Shown here: piece by piece, positions 50,574 through 58,825 of the stretch
Position numbering within the stretch: the first letter of the stretch is position 1
Layout of the letters: each line of letters begins with the position of its first letter
Source: Chloroflexota bacterium
Lineage (GTDB): Bacteria > Chloroflexota > UBA5177
NCBI GenBank assembly: GCA_025966365.1
Contig: JAICWV010000003.1
Coordinates: forward strand, 1-58,825
DNA: 58,825 nt
Direction of reading: 5' to 3'
Notes under the pieces: model-generated
Databases searched by the model: none
Seen by the model: only the letters and a program-made list of their open reading frames with translations
Told to the model about the DNA's origin: nothing
Position numbers and translations under genes: made by a program

Positions 50574-51067
50574 TCGTTCGGCCCTTCCAGCTGCTCGCGC
50601 ATCCAGCCGGCTTCGGGTGCTCGCCGGGTGGCGATCTCACCGGCGACGATGCCCGGGTCTCGCAGCCACAGCTTCTCGGTGGCTCGACCCAGTTTTCCGG
50701 CCAGCACCTCTCGTGCGGCAAGCTGCGCCGCCGACAGGCGGCGCCTGGATCGTTTCGAGTTCAGACTGGACAGCGCTCTGCCCCAGAACGCCACCAGCGA
50801 GCGCGGAGTGAACGCAACCTCGCGGGTCCCGCCCGCGCCCTGATCGCGGACCGACTCGACGAAGGCACCGAGCCACCGACTTTCTTCGGCGACGAAGTCA
50901 AACCTCTGGCGGATCGGTCCCGGAGAGGTGAGCCGCACAACGTGGCGCATGAATCCCATGGAACGCTGGTAGTATGCCGCCAGTTGCGCCAGGTCTTCTA
51001 TCTCCTCCGCGGTCAATGTGACGCTCACGGTAGAGGGGGAGCGGCGAGCCTGACTGTTTTTCGGCAT
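50570..51067 (-). CDS. Hypothetical protein
   Basis: 165-aa ORF with a GGAAGG SD and an upstream promoter. No recognisable family. Confidence 0.6.
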   Translation of the reverse strand: MPKNSQARRSPSTVSVTLTAEEIEDLAQLAAYYQRSMGFMRHVVRLTSPGPIRQRFDFVAEESRWLGAFVESVRDQGAGGTREVAFTPRSLVAFWGRALSSLNSKRSRRRLSAAQLAAREVLAGKLGRATEKLWLRDPGIVAGEIATRRAPEAGWMREQLEGPND

Positions 51068-51158
51068 CCTTCCCGATTATGCAGGACAGAGAGAGCGGCC
51101 GGACCGAGGTGGCCCGGCCGCTTGTCCGCCTCATAGGCGGGACTCAGCACGCACTCAA

Positions 51159-51187
51159 AGCGTAAAGCACGCTCGGACCCGGGTCAA
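51159..51187 (-). promoter_or_regulatory. Sigma70-type promoter for the 50570-51067 gene
   Basis: Minus strand TTGACC-N17-TACGCT. Confidence 0.5.
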
Positions 51188-51261
51188 CTTGACAGCATCG
51201 CGAATTTGTGCATGTGCAAAACTCTGTGGAGGAAGTTGTGGACGGCTCTGTCAATTGGGGT

Positions 51262-51588
51262 GGCAGCGGTGGATGAGTGGTGGTAAAGGATCCGCCGCTG
51301 CCGATCTGCGGGCCCCGACACCACAAAAAGCGCTCGACATAACGCGCGTGGCACCACCAGGTGCCGGCGGACGGGGCTGTACGTAACGGCCGCCGATGGG
51401 TATCGTATGCCCAGGTAATCTGTGGAGGTGGGGGATTACCGACGGGTGGCCACCGGCCACCCGGGTCCTCATTACCTAGTCCTTCTCCTTTCCGTCCCGC
51501 CTGCCGGCGAAGCCCGATATTCACACTTCGCCGGCAGGCACCGCCCTCCGAACAGAATTCGGCCCCGATGGGGCCGTTGTTCGTTTCT
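51262..51588 (+). ncRNA. Candidate structured non-coding RNA (multi-hairpin, anti-SD tract, own terminator)
   Basis: Eight hairpins, several directly abutting, with G-U wobbles that work only on the + strand. CCTTCTCCTTTCC tract at 51481-51493. Terminal hairpin followed by a U-rich tail. Confidence 0.55.
51560..51588 (+). terminator. Probable + strand intrinsic terminator
   Basis: CGGCCCC-gat-GGGGCCG-TTGTTCGTTTCT. Confidence 0.55.
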
Positions 51589-51631
51589 GGGCCGGGAAAA
51601 TGGGAGATCCGGGGGGTTCCCAGCCGAATGC

Positions 51632-51952
51632 TCAGGCCGTAAGGGACAGGAGACTGGGGAGCCCGTCCAGCCTGGACAGCCCGGACGGGTCCACCAGGTA
51701 CATATCGACCTCATTGCGATCCAGCGACGAGACGGCGATCCGTACCGGCGAGACCAGGCTGGCCAGAAGTAAGAGCACGTCCTGCGCCAGGACCCCGGTC
51801 ACGTCGAGGACGACGAGGCCAGCGTCACCGTGCAGGCACTTCTCGCGGTCGGCCCAGGTCAGGTCGACGACGGTGTGGCTTCCCTCGAGGGAGCGGCGAA
51901 TACCCGTCGAGAGGATCGGGTAATCAGATATGACGTACGCGAGCGGGCCCAA
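51632..51952 (-). CDS. Small degenerate receiver-like hypothetical protein
   Basis: AAGGAG SD with TTG start. YVISDYPILSTGIRRSL...LVVLDV resembles the N-terminal half of a receiver domain. Confidence 0.6.
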   Translation of the reverse strand: MGPLAYVISDYPILSTGIRRSLEGSHTVVDLTWADREKCLHGDAGLVVLDVTGVLAQDVLLLLASLVSPVRIAVSSLDRNEVDMYLVDPSGLSRLDGLPSLLSLTA

Positions 51953-52204
51953 TGAATTCTCCTTGCGCGAGAATACCCCGCTTTCCCGCGCCGGCGCATG
52001 GGTCGAAAGGCCCGACTTGACGATCCAATGAGTACGACTGAAACGCGATCCTCGGACTGCCGCCGGGAGAAGCCTGGTCCGGACGGGCCGGCAGGTCCTC
52101 GCCCCATTTTGTATCTTCCCTGCGTATCTGCTTGCTAAGGGCTATATTCCTAGAGAAGGCACCCCGGGCCCATCGGAAATCCATAGTGTCGGGAGGAGAA
52201 GACC

Positions 52205-53743
52205 ATGAGGATTTCTCGCTTGGTAGGCCGCGTCCTACCGTTACTGGTTATTGCCGGAATCGCCTTGCCGGCGTCGCTCGGGCACGCGGCAAGCCCGCGG
52301 GGGCCGGCGAAGGCGAGCAATGGCACGCTCGTCATTCAGCTGAATGCCGATCCTCCAAGTCTGGATCCGTCCTACTCGACGGCACTGGTAGATCGGCAGG
52401 TGCTCAACAACCTCTGTGACAAGCTCTTCGACCTCAATGCCAGGGGAAAAATCGTCGGAGACCTAGTGCAGAAGGTGACCACATCCAAGAACGGCAAGAC
52501 GTACACGCTGACGCTGCATAAGGGCATCAAGTTCACGGATGGAACGCCGCTGGATGCCAATGCGGTGAAATTCAACCTCGACCGTTACCGCCAACCGGCT
52601 TCCCTGCGCGCACTTGAGGTCCAGTACATCCAGAACATCACGGTAACCGGGAAGTACACCCTCAAAATCGCACTGACAACTCCATTCGCGCCGTTCCTGT
52701 CGATCCTCACCGACCGCTCCGGCATGATCGTCTCGCCGAAAGCAGTCCAGGACGAGGGTGAGACCGGATTCCGCAACAACCCCGTTTGCAGCGGACCGTA
52801 CAAGTTCGTGGACCGCGTCAAGGCAGACCACATTGACCTGACGGCGAACACCCACTACTGGAAGAAGGGACTTCCGAAGACCAAAAACCTGGTGTTCAAG
52901 ATCTTCACCGACGCGAACTCTGCGCTCGTCAATCTCGAGTCAGGTGAGCTCGATTTCATCATCCCGCCCCCGACGGCCCTTGCCGTCCTGAAAGGGCAGA
53001 AGAAGTTCACCGTGGTAAACAAGTCGAGCATCAGCTACTTCGGCATCTATCTCAACGTGACGGCGGCTCCGCTGAATAACCGTGATCTGCGACAAGCCAT
53101 CGACGCAGCGGTGAACCGAAAGGGGCTGGCCCGGGTTGTCTACCAGAACACGGTTCGGGCTGCATGGTCGCCTTTCGGGGCTGGTGTGCTTGGCCACGAC
53201 AAGAACGACATCGCACCAAAGCCGGACGTCAAGAAGGCAAAGCAACTGGTAGCGAAGTCCGGCATCTCCAACCCGACGTTCACCTTGAAGATCGCATCCG
53301 GAAGCACCATCGCCCAGCAAGAAGCCGCTTTCATCCAGAGCAACCTGAAACTCGCCGGCATCACGATGAACATCCAGCCGGAAGATTTCGGCACGCTGCT
53401 GAGTGACGGTGGAAAGCACAACTTCCAGGCGATGGACCTTGGTTGGTCGGGCCGTCCCGACCCGGACCAGAACATTTACGACTTCTTCGTGACCGGGAGC
53501 AAGAACAACTACGAGGCCTACAGCAATGCCACCGTGGACTCTCTGCTGGCGAAGGCGCGCAAGACCTTGAAGTCGAGCAAGCGAAGGGCACTCTACGACC
53601 AGGTGATGTCCATCCTGCACAAGGACGTGCCGTACGTGTTCACCTACCACGGCAACAACGTCTTTGCCTACAGCAGCAAGCTCACCGGTTTCGAGTACGT
53701 GCCGGACGGGATCATCCGCGCGTACCGGATTTCGAAGAAGTAG
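52205..53743 (+). CDS. Peptide/nickel ABC transporter substrate-binding protein (family 5)
   Basis: Signal peptide, DPPSLDP, KFTDGTPLDANAVKFNLDR, SGPYKF, GWSGRPDPD. GGAGGAG SD. Confidence 0.92.
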   Translation: MRISRLVGRVLPLLVIAGIALPASLGHAASPRGPAKASNGTLVIQLNADPPSLDPSYSTALVDRQVLNNLCDKLFDLNARGKIVGDLVQKVTTSKNGKTYTLTLHKGIKFTDGTPLDANAVKFNLDRYRQPASLRALEVQYIQNITVTGKYTLKIALTTPFAPFLSILTDRSGMIVSPKAVQDEGETGFRNNPVCSGPYKFVDRVKADHIDLTANTHYWKKGLPKTKNLVFKIFTDANSALVNLESGELDFIIPPPTALAVLKGQKKFTVVNKSSISYFGIYLNVTAAPLNNRDLRQAIDAAVNRKGLARVVYQNTVRAAWSPFGAGVLGHDKNDIAPKPDVKKAKQLVAKSGISNPTFTLKIASGSTIAQQEAAFIQSNLKLAGITMNIQPEDFGTLLSDGGKHNFQAMDLGWSGRPDPDQNIYDFFVTGSKNNYEAYSNATVDSLLAKARKTLKSSKRRALYDQVMSILHKDVPYVFTYHGNNVFAYSSKLTGFEYVPDGIIRAYRISKK

Positions 53744-53771
53744 CCTAGATACCCATCACGGGGAGAAGACC

Positions 53772-54710
53772 GTGACGTTTCTCATCAGGCGAATCATCCT
53801 TACCATTCCGATTCTCCTGCTGGTCACCATCATGGTCTTCTCCCTGATCCACCTGATTCCCGGTGATGTGGCGACGGTCGTTTTGGGGCAGGAGGCCACT
53901 CCCCAGGCGAAAATTGCCATGCGTCACCGGTTGGGGCTCGATCAATCGCTTCCAGTTCAGTACGCCAACTGGCTGGGAAACGTTCTGCACGGAAACCTTG
54001 GACGCTCGCTCACGGACGAAACTCCGGTGTCGGCAGAGATCCAGCAGCGACTGCCAGTCACCGGTGAGCTGGCTCTGGCGTCATTTATCGTCGCTATTCT
54101 GATCGCGATTCCCACCGGCATTATCTCGGCGGTATACCGGGGCCGCGCGGTCGACTATCTCGCCACCCTGTTCGCATTTCTTGGCATGAGCGTTCCGGGA
54201 TTCTGGCTGGCCATGCTGATGATCATCCTATTTGCCCTGAAGCTGGGCTGGCTCCCGTCGTCCGGGTACGTGGCCTTTACCCACGACCCCGGCGCTAATC
54301 TCCGGGCCATGGTCCTGCCCGCCGTCGCCACCGGCGTACGTGAGTCCGCGGTGTTGATGCGAATGATGCGTTCCAGCTTGCTGGAGGTGCTGGGTCAGGA
54401 CTACATCCGGACAGCCCGCGGGAAAGGACTCGCGCTGCGAACGGTGGTCTTCGCTCACGGACTTCGCAACGCGCTGGTTCCGGTTATCACGCAGTCTGGT
54501 CTCCTGATTGCCGGACTCCTCGGCGGATTGGTCATCACCGAAACCCTCTTTTCGATTCCGGGATTCGGCAGGCTCATCGTGACCGCGATATTCGAGCGGG
54601 ACTTTATCACCGTCCAGGGCGCGGTTCTCGTATCCGCGCTCCTGGTGGTCCTGGTCAACCTCCTCGTCGATATTCTGTACGGAGTGCTCGATCCGAGGAT
54701 CCGCATATGA
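53772..54710 (+). CDS. oppB: Peptide ABC transporter permease (OppB/DppB)
   Basis: LIPGD, LGLDQ...QY, GNLGRS, RLPVTGEL, DYIRTARGKGL, TETLFSIPGFG, DPRIR. Confidence 0.9.
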   Translation: MTFLIRRIILTIPILLLVTIMVFSLIHLIPGDVATVVLGQEATPQAKIAMRHRLGLDQSLPVQYANWLGNVLHGNLGRSLTDETPVSAEIQQRLPVTGELALASFIVAILIAIPTGIISAVYRGRAVDYLATLFAFLGMSVPGFWLAMLMIILFALKLGWLPSSGYVAFTHDPGANLRAMVLPAVATGVRESAVLMRMMRSSLLEVLGQDYIRTARGKGLALRTVVFAHGLRNALVPVITQSGLLIAGLLGGLVITETLFSIPGFGRLIVTAIFERDFITVQGAVLVSALLVVLVNLLVDILYGVLDPRIRI

Positions 54711-55630
54711 GTCGGGAACTCGAAGATCGCTCGCCTCTCCTGATCGTGGAGACCGGCGACGATCTGGGCCTCACCATCGTTCGCAGCGAATCTCCCACGC
54801 GGATCTTTCTGCGTCGATTCGCCCACAACAAACTCGCGCTCATAGGCGCGGCCATCATTCTGATCATGCTTCTGGCGGCGCTCACTGCGCCGCTGATATC
54901 TCCCTACGACCCCCAATACCAGGACTACAGCAGCCTCTACAGTCAGCCAAGCCGGGCTCACTTCATGGGGACCGACCAACTGGGCCGGGACATGCTGTCA
55001 CGCATCATCTTCGGCGCACGGATCTCGATGGCCGCGTCCGTCATCGCCGTCCTCATCGCTCTCATCATCGGTCTCCCTATCGGTCTCATCGCCGGGTATT
55101 ACCGGGGCATCCTGGGTGAGTGGATCATCATGCGTATCGTGGATGCCGTACAATCGTTTCCCTTTCTCATCCTGGCCCTGGCGCTGGAGGCCACTCTCGG
55201 CATTTCCTTCATCAATGCCATGATTGCGATCGGCATCGGCTTTTCACCGGCCTTCATTCGCATCGTCCGAGGCGAGGTTCTCCGCGTCGGCACCCAGGAC
55301 TACATCCTGGCCTGCCGCGCCATCGGAACCCGCGACCGGCGCATTATTCTGCGCCACATTCTGCCCAATTCCATGCCTCCGCTCCTGGTACTCACATCGG
55401 TCAGCATGGCCGGCGCGGTACTCGCCGAGGCCGGGCTGGCTTTTCTGGGCCTTGGCGTGGCGCCGCCGACGCCGTCGTGGGGCGTCATGCTGACCGACGC
55501 GCAGAGTTACATATTTCTGGACTACAACCTGGCTATCTGGCCCGGTCTCGCCATTTTTCTGGTTGTATTCGGGTTCAACGTGCTCGGCGACGGCGTTCGC
55601 GACAGCCTTGACCCGCGGTTCAGTCCCTGA
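54707..55630 (+). CDS. oppC: Peptide ABC transporter permease (OppC/DppC)
   Basis: HFMGTDQLGRDMLSRIIFGARIS, RHILPN, EAGLAFLGLG, PSWGVML, GDGVRDSLDP. Confidence 0.9.
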   Translation: MSRELEDRSPLLIVETGDDLGLTIVRSESPTRIFLRRFAHNKLALIGAAIILIMLLAALTAPLISPYDPQYQDYSSLYSQPSRAHFMGTDQLGRDMLSRIIFGARISMAASVIAVLIALIIGLPIGLIAGYYRGILGEWIIMRIVDAVQSFPFLILALALEATLGISFINAMIAIGIGFSPAFIRIVRGEVLRVGTQDYILACRAIGTRDRRIILRHILPNSMPPLLVLTSVSMAGAVLAEAGLAFLGLGVAPPTPSWGVMLTDAQSYIFLDYNLAIWPGLAIFLVVFGFNVLGDGVRDSLDPRFSP

Positions 55631-55651
55631 CGCCACGCGCTATCCTGTTCG

Positions 55652-56830
55652 GTGGTCCTTTCCCTGTCCCTCGCCGAGGCGACGCGCATCCTCGTCGCGT
55701 ACCAGCTAGAGCGCTCCGACATTCCAGGTGTCTTCGACCGGCTTGGAAGCATTCAGTACGATCCGCTCAATCCTGTGGGTCGGAATGTGGATCTGGTACT
55801 TCAGGCGCGTGTGCCGGGGTATCGCGTCCACGGCTGGCTCGCGCCGACCTACCGTGACCGCGTCGCCTATGATGCCTGGGACAAGCAAGCCTGCCTCGTC
55901 CCGGTGTCCGACTGGCCGCACCGCCATCCCATCCGCGACCGGTTTCATCCGTGGCACGACCGGCAGATTCTCGGAGAGTACCCGGATACGGTTGGCGCTG
56001 TCTTCCGTGAACTTGACGCGCGTGGCCCGATGTCGTCGATTGACTTCGAAGACCGGACGCAGGCGCCCGGACGGCACACCTGGTATGGGCCGACGGTGGT
56101 GAAGAGAGTCCTGCGTGCACTGTGGGCCAGGGGTGAGCTGGTGACCCATCACCGGGTGGCGGGGCGTCACTATTATCATCGGCCGGAGCATGTCATTCCT
56201 GAGCCGTACCGCTCTCAGCCCGGTAGCCAGGATCTCAGCGCATACTTTCGCTGGGTCGTGTTGCGCAGGCATCAAACGGCGGGTCTCCTGCGTCCGGGCG
56301 CGCCGGCCGAAATCTGGAGCGTGTGCGGCGCTCGCCCTGACCGCGACCGCGCCGTCCGCGAGCTCGTGGACGCGGGGGACCTCATTCCGGCCCGCGTGGG
56401 ACCGCGCCAGGTTCCCTTCCACCTGCCCGCGTCAGCGGTGCCCTACCTCGGCGGTGGGCCGGTGGTCCGGTTGGTCAGATTCCTGGGACCGCTCGACAGT
56501 CTTCTGTGGGACCGGCGAGCGGTGCGCGAGATTTTCGGATTCGACTATATCTGGGAGGTATACAAGAAACCGCAGGATCGCCGGTGGGGGTATTACGTGC
56601 TCCCGGTGCTATGGGGTGACCGGTTTGTGGCTCGGATCGATTCGCGCTTCGAGAACGGAACATGGCGAATTGCGCGCTGGTGGTGGGAAGAGGATGTACG
56701 AGTGACGGTGGATCTGCTGGCGGCGGTGCGATCCGCTTCCCGCCGGTTTTCCCGTTACCTGGGCGCTTTCGCCATCGAAATCAGCGAGTCGGTCGAACCG
56801 CGAGTCCGGGCGGCCCTCGGCGCTCGATGA
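55652..56830 (+). CDS. Winged-helix (HTH_42) DNA glycosylase, YcaQ family (crosslink repair)
   Basis: SIQYDPLN (QxD catalytic motif), FLGPLDSLLWDR, FGFDYIWEVY, RRWGYYVLPVLWGDRFVARID. Confidence 0.85.
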   Translation: MVLSLSLAEATRILVAYQLERSDIPGVFDRLGSIQYDPLNPVGRNVDLVLQARVPGYRVHGWLAPTYRDRVAYDAWDKQACLVPVSDWPHRHPIRDRFHPWHDRQILGEYPDTVGAVFRELDARGPMSSIDFEDRTQAPGRHTWYGPTVVKRVLRALWARGELVTHHRVAGRHYYHRPEHVIPEPYRSQPGSQDLSAYFRWVVLRRHQTAGLLRPGAPAEIWSVCGARPDRDRAVRELVDAGDLIPARVGPRQVPFHLPASAVPYLGGGPVVRLVRFLGPLDSLLWDRRAVREIFGFDYIWEVYKKPQDRRWGYYVLPVLWGDRFVARIDSRFENGTWRIARWWWEEDVRVTVDLLAAVRSASRRFSRYLGAFAIEISESVEPRVRAALGAR

Positions 56831-58311
56831 ACCGCCCCGACGCGGTCCTTCGCTCGCCCAACCGGTTTCCGGCGGCGCAGGGCGTGGTCTGGGTCGTCGT
56901 CGCCCTGGGCATTCCGCGCTTGATCGGAGCCATCATCACGGTGGCGCTGCGCCGCTATCTTGGCCCGGCAGCGTCCGGCATCTTCGATCTCGCGTTCACC
57001 CCGTACAAGCTTCTGGACACGTTTCGCAGCTTCGGTACCGGCCCTGCACTGGTCTTCGAGCGGGAACTGACCCCGGTCATCGCCGACACCGCCTGGACGC
57101 TCAATATGATCGCCGCGGTTGTGATCGCGCTGCTGCTACAGCTGATCGCTGCTCCCGCCGCCGAGTACTTTCGTCACCCTGCCATCGAGGGGGTCGTGCG
57201 GGTGCTCTCGATCGCGTATATCTTCGCATCGCTGGCGTCGGTGCACTACTTCTTGCTACTGCGAGACCTGAACTTTCGGGCAAGGGCGGTGCCCCCGGTA
57301 GGTCAGGTCTCGGTGGCAGGAATGGTGGCGGTGCTGTTTGCCGTGTGGGGCTTCGGCGTCGGTGCACTGGTAGCGCGGGAAGTCGCGAGTGCCGCGGCCG
57401 GCGCGGTGCTGCTATGGCTCATTCACCCTTTCCGCCCGGGGATTCGGATTAACCGTGACGTCGCGCGCAAGATTCTGAGCTACGGCGTATGGGTGGGAGC
57501 CGGCCTTTCGCTTCTCTATCTGTCTCAAAACGCGGACCTGTTTGTCGGTGGCCGCATCATTCGTCGCGCACGGGATATCGGGTTCTATTCCACCAGCTGG
57601 ACGCTCGCCTTCATGATGGCGGGCATTCTCACTGTGCTCGTGGGGAACGTCGTCTTTCCGACACTCAGCCGGGTTCGGGACGACTCCGAACAGCTACACG
57701 CCAAACTGCTTACCGGATTGCAGCAAGTGTCGATTGTTATGCTACCGGCGGGTGTGCTGCTCGCCTGCGTCGCGCCGGTGCTGATCGTGCCGGTCCTCGG
57801 CCACCGATTCGCTCCCTACCGCGCGTCCTTCGTCGTCCTCTCCGTCCTGGGCGTCTATGCGGCCGTCAGGACCCTGCTGGGGGTCTTTTTCGAGGGATAC
57901 AAGGCGGTTGGGAAGCCATGGCTGGTGCCCCTCTATAACGGCTGCAAGCTGGTGGTACTGGTCCCGTCGATGATTGTCGGCGCGCACCATGGCGTGGTGG
58001 GCCTGGCGCTGGGGTACATTCCCGTGACGGTATTGGAGATCCCGGCGGCGCTTGGCTTGGTTTTCGTCGTTCTCGACGTGACGCCAAGGCAGGTCTGGGC
58101 CAGCATCCGCTCGCCGATCCTGGCAACTGCCTGCATGGCGTCGGTTACCGTCGCCGTGGAAACCGCAGTGGTGGCCGGAACCGGCGGCCTGGATGTGGCC
58201 GCTCTCGCGCTGTCCATCATCGGCGGCGCCGCCACGTACGCGGCGGCGCTCTACCTGTTCGATCGCGCGCTCCTGGTGGAAGCCCGGCTGGTACTCCTTG
58301 CCGGGCTCTGA
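56827..58311 (+). CDS. Oligosaccharide flippase (Wzx/MOP superfamily, WzxC-like)
   Basis: RYLGP...G.F, LLLRDLNFR, GFGVGALV, NADLFVGG, IGFYS, VFPTLSR, many TM helices. ATGA overlap with ycaQ. Confidence 0.82.
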   Translation: MNRPDAVLRSPNRFPAAQGVVWVVVALGIPRLIGAIITVALRRYLGPAASGIFDLAFTPYKLLDTFRSFGTGPALVFERELTPVIADTAWTLNMIAAVVIALLLQLIAAPAAEYFRHPAIEGVVRVLSIAYIFASLASVHYFLLLRDLNFRARAVPPVGQVSVAGMVAVLFAVWGFGVGALVAREVASAAAGAVLLWLIHPFRPGIRINRDVARKILSYGVWVGAGLSLLYLSQNADLFVGGRIIRRARDIGFYSTSWTLAFMMAGILTVLVGNVVFPTLSRVRDDSEQLHAKLLTGLQQVSIVMLPAGVLLACVAPVLIVPVLGHRFAPYRASFVVLSVLGVYAAVRTLLGVFFEGYKAVGKPWLVPLYNGCKLVVLVPSMIVGAHHGVVGLALGYIPVTVLEIPAALGLVFVVLDVTPRQVWASIRSPILATACMASVTVAVETAVVAGTGGLDVAALALSIIGGAATYAAALYLFDRALLVEARLVLLAGL

Positions 58312-58434
58312 GCTGTCGTACACGCCGCGGCGGGACTCGGTTGCTCGTGCCCTATGGGACGATAATGAGACCGATGGTGAACATGTGGCGGCACGCGAAC
58401 AGGTCCCACGCCCTTCCCTCCAGCGGCGGTCGCG

Positions 58435-58825
58435 ATGAGTGACACTCGCTTCGCTCCCGAATTCGTGTGGGGCAGCGCCACTGCTGCGTATCAGATCGAG
58501 GGAGCGGTGGACGAGGATGGCCGGGGCCGGAGCATCTGGGACACCTTCTGCGCTGAGCCGGGCAATGTGCGTAACGGCGAAACGGGAGCCGTGGCCGACG
58601 ATCACTACCACCGCTTCCGCCAGGATGTTGCGCTCATGAGCCAGCTCGGCCTCAACGGCTATCGCTTCTCCATCGCCTGGCCCAGAGTGCTTCCCCAGGG
58701 CACGGGGTCCGCCAACGAGGCCGGCGCGTCCTTCTATGACGCACTCGTCGATGTCCTGCTCGAGGCCGGAATCGAGCCGTTTGTCACTCTGTATCACTGG
58801 GATCTCCCGCAGCCTCTCGAGGATC
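58435..58825 (+). CDS. Glycoside hydrolase family 1 beta-glucosidase, 3' end runs off the window
   Basis: Manual translation: [15 protein letters not shown]...SIWDTF...[29 protein letters not shown]...TLYHWDLPQ. Confidence 0.93.
   Translation, partial: MSDTRFAPEFVWGSATAAYQIEGAVDEDGRGRSIWDTFCAEPGNVRNGETGAVADDHYHRFRQDVALMSQLGLNGYRFSIAWPRVLPQGTGSANEAGASFYDALVDVLLEAGIEPFVTLYHWDLPQPLED

Noticed and set aside
51205-51290. Clustered TGTGGA/TGTGCA and GTGG motifs as DnaA boxes (oriC) or MraZ boxes
   Set aside because: Only one relaxed DnaA-box match (TGTGCAAAA), no AT-rich unwinding element, irregular spacing, and no dnaA or mraZ nearby.
51135-51590. tmRNA, RNase P RNA, SRP or 6S identity for the hairpin-rich region
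   Set aside because: No tRNA-like T-arm/CCA end or tag ORF. ACAGAATTCGGC resembles the RNase P 3' motif, but the GAGGAAAGUCC partner is absent. No SRP domain IV motif, and not a single long rod like 6S.
1-58825. CRISPR arrays, tRNA/rRNA genes, IS elements, defence systems
   Set aside because: By eye I saw no regularly spaced direct repeats, tRNA T-loop motifs, transposase, recombinase, RT or nuclease-defence ORFs. A computational scan was not possible.

Overview
GC-rich bacterial chromosomal segment made up mostly of housekeeping and metabolic genes. The gene content and order (TPR protein, CxxC-x17-CxxC zinc ribbon, rpsO, pnp, udg, rnj; archaeal-type ValRS; Rv0958/Rv0959-like AAA+VWA pair) suggest a Chloroflexota-like organism, which is an inference and not a database result. 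From left to right it holds: (1) a sugar-utilisation region (partial GH2, GH5, D-lyxose isomerase, HdeD, xylB, an atypical xylose-isomerase-fold protein, a GmhA-like SIS protein); (2) a tartrate-dehydrogenase-like gene coupled to a divergent AhcY paralog; (3) hemY, miaB, rpsO-pnp-udg-rnj; (4) an AAA ATPase/VWA pair, an IscA/ErpA-like gene, a DksA/TraR-like gene and two divergent HTH regulators; (5) pepF, ackA-xfp and gcvT-H-PA-PB; (6) a split Opp/Dpp ABC system, valS, a LarA-like gene, sufS-sufU, ycaQ, a Wzx flippase and a partial GH1. I saw no rRNA, tRNA, CRISPR array, transposase or integrase. The most notable unexplained signals are a ~325-nt intergenic array of abutting hairpins at ~51260-51590 (candidate novel structured ncRNA with an anti-Shine-Dalgarno tract and its own terminator), a probable non-canonical ATT start or TAG read-through for the VWA gene, the divergent AhcY paralog, and the gmhA/isomerase/kinase operon, which may act on a sugar other than xylose. 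All family assignments come from recognising motifs by eye; no searches were run.
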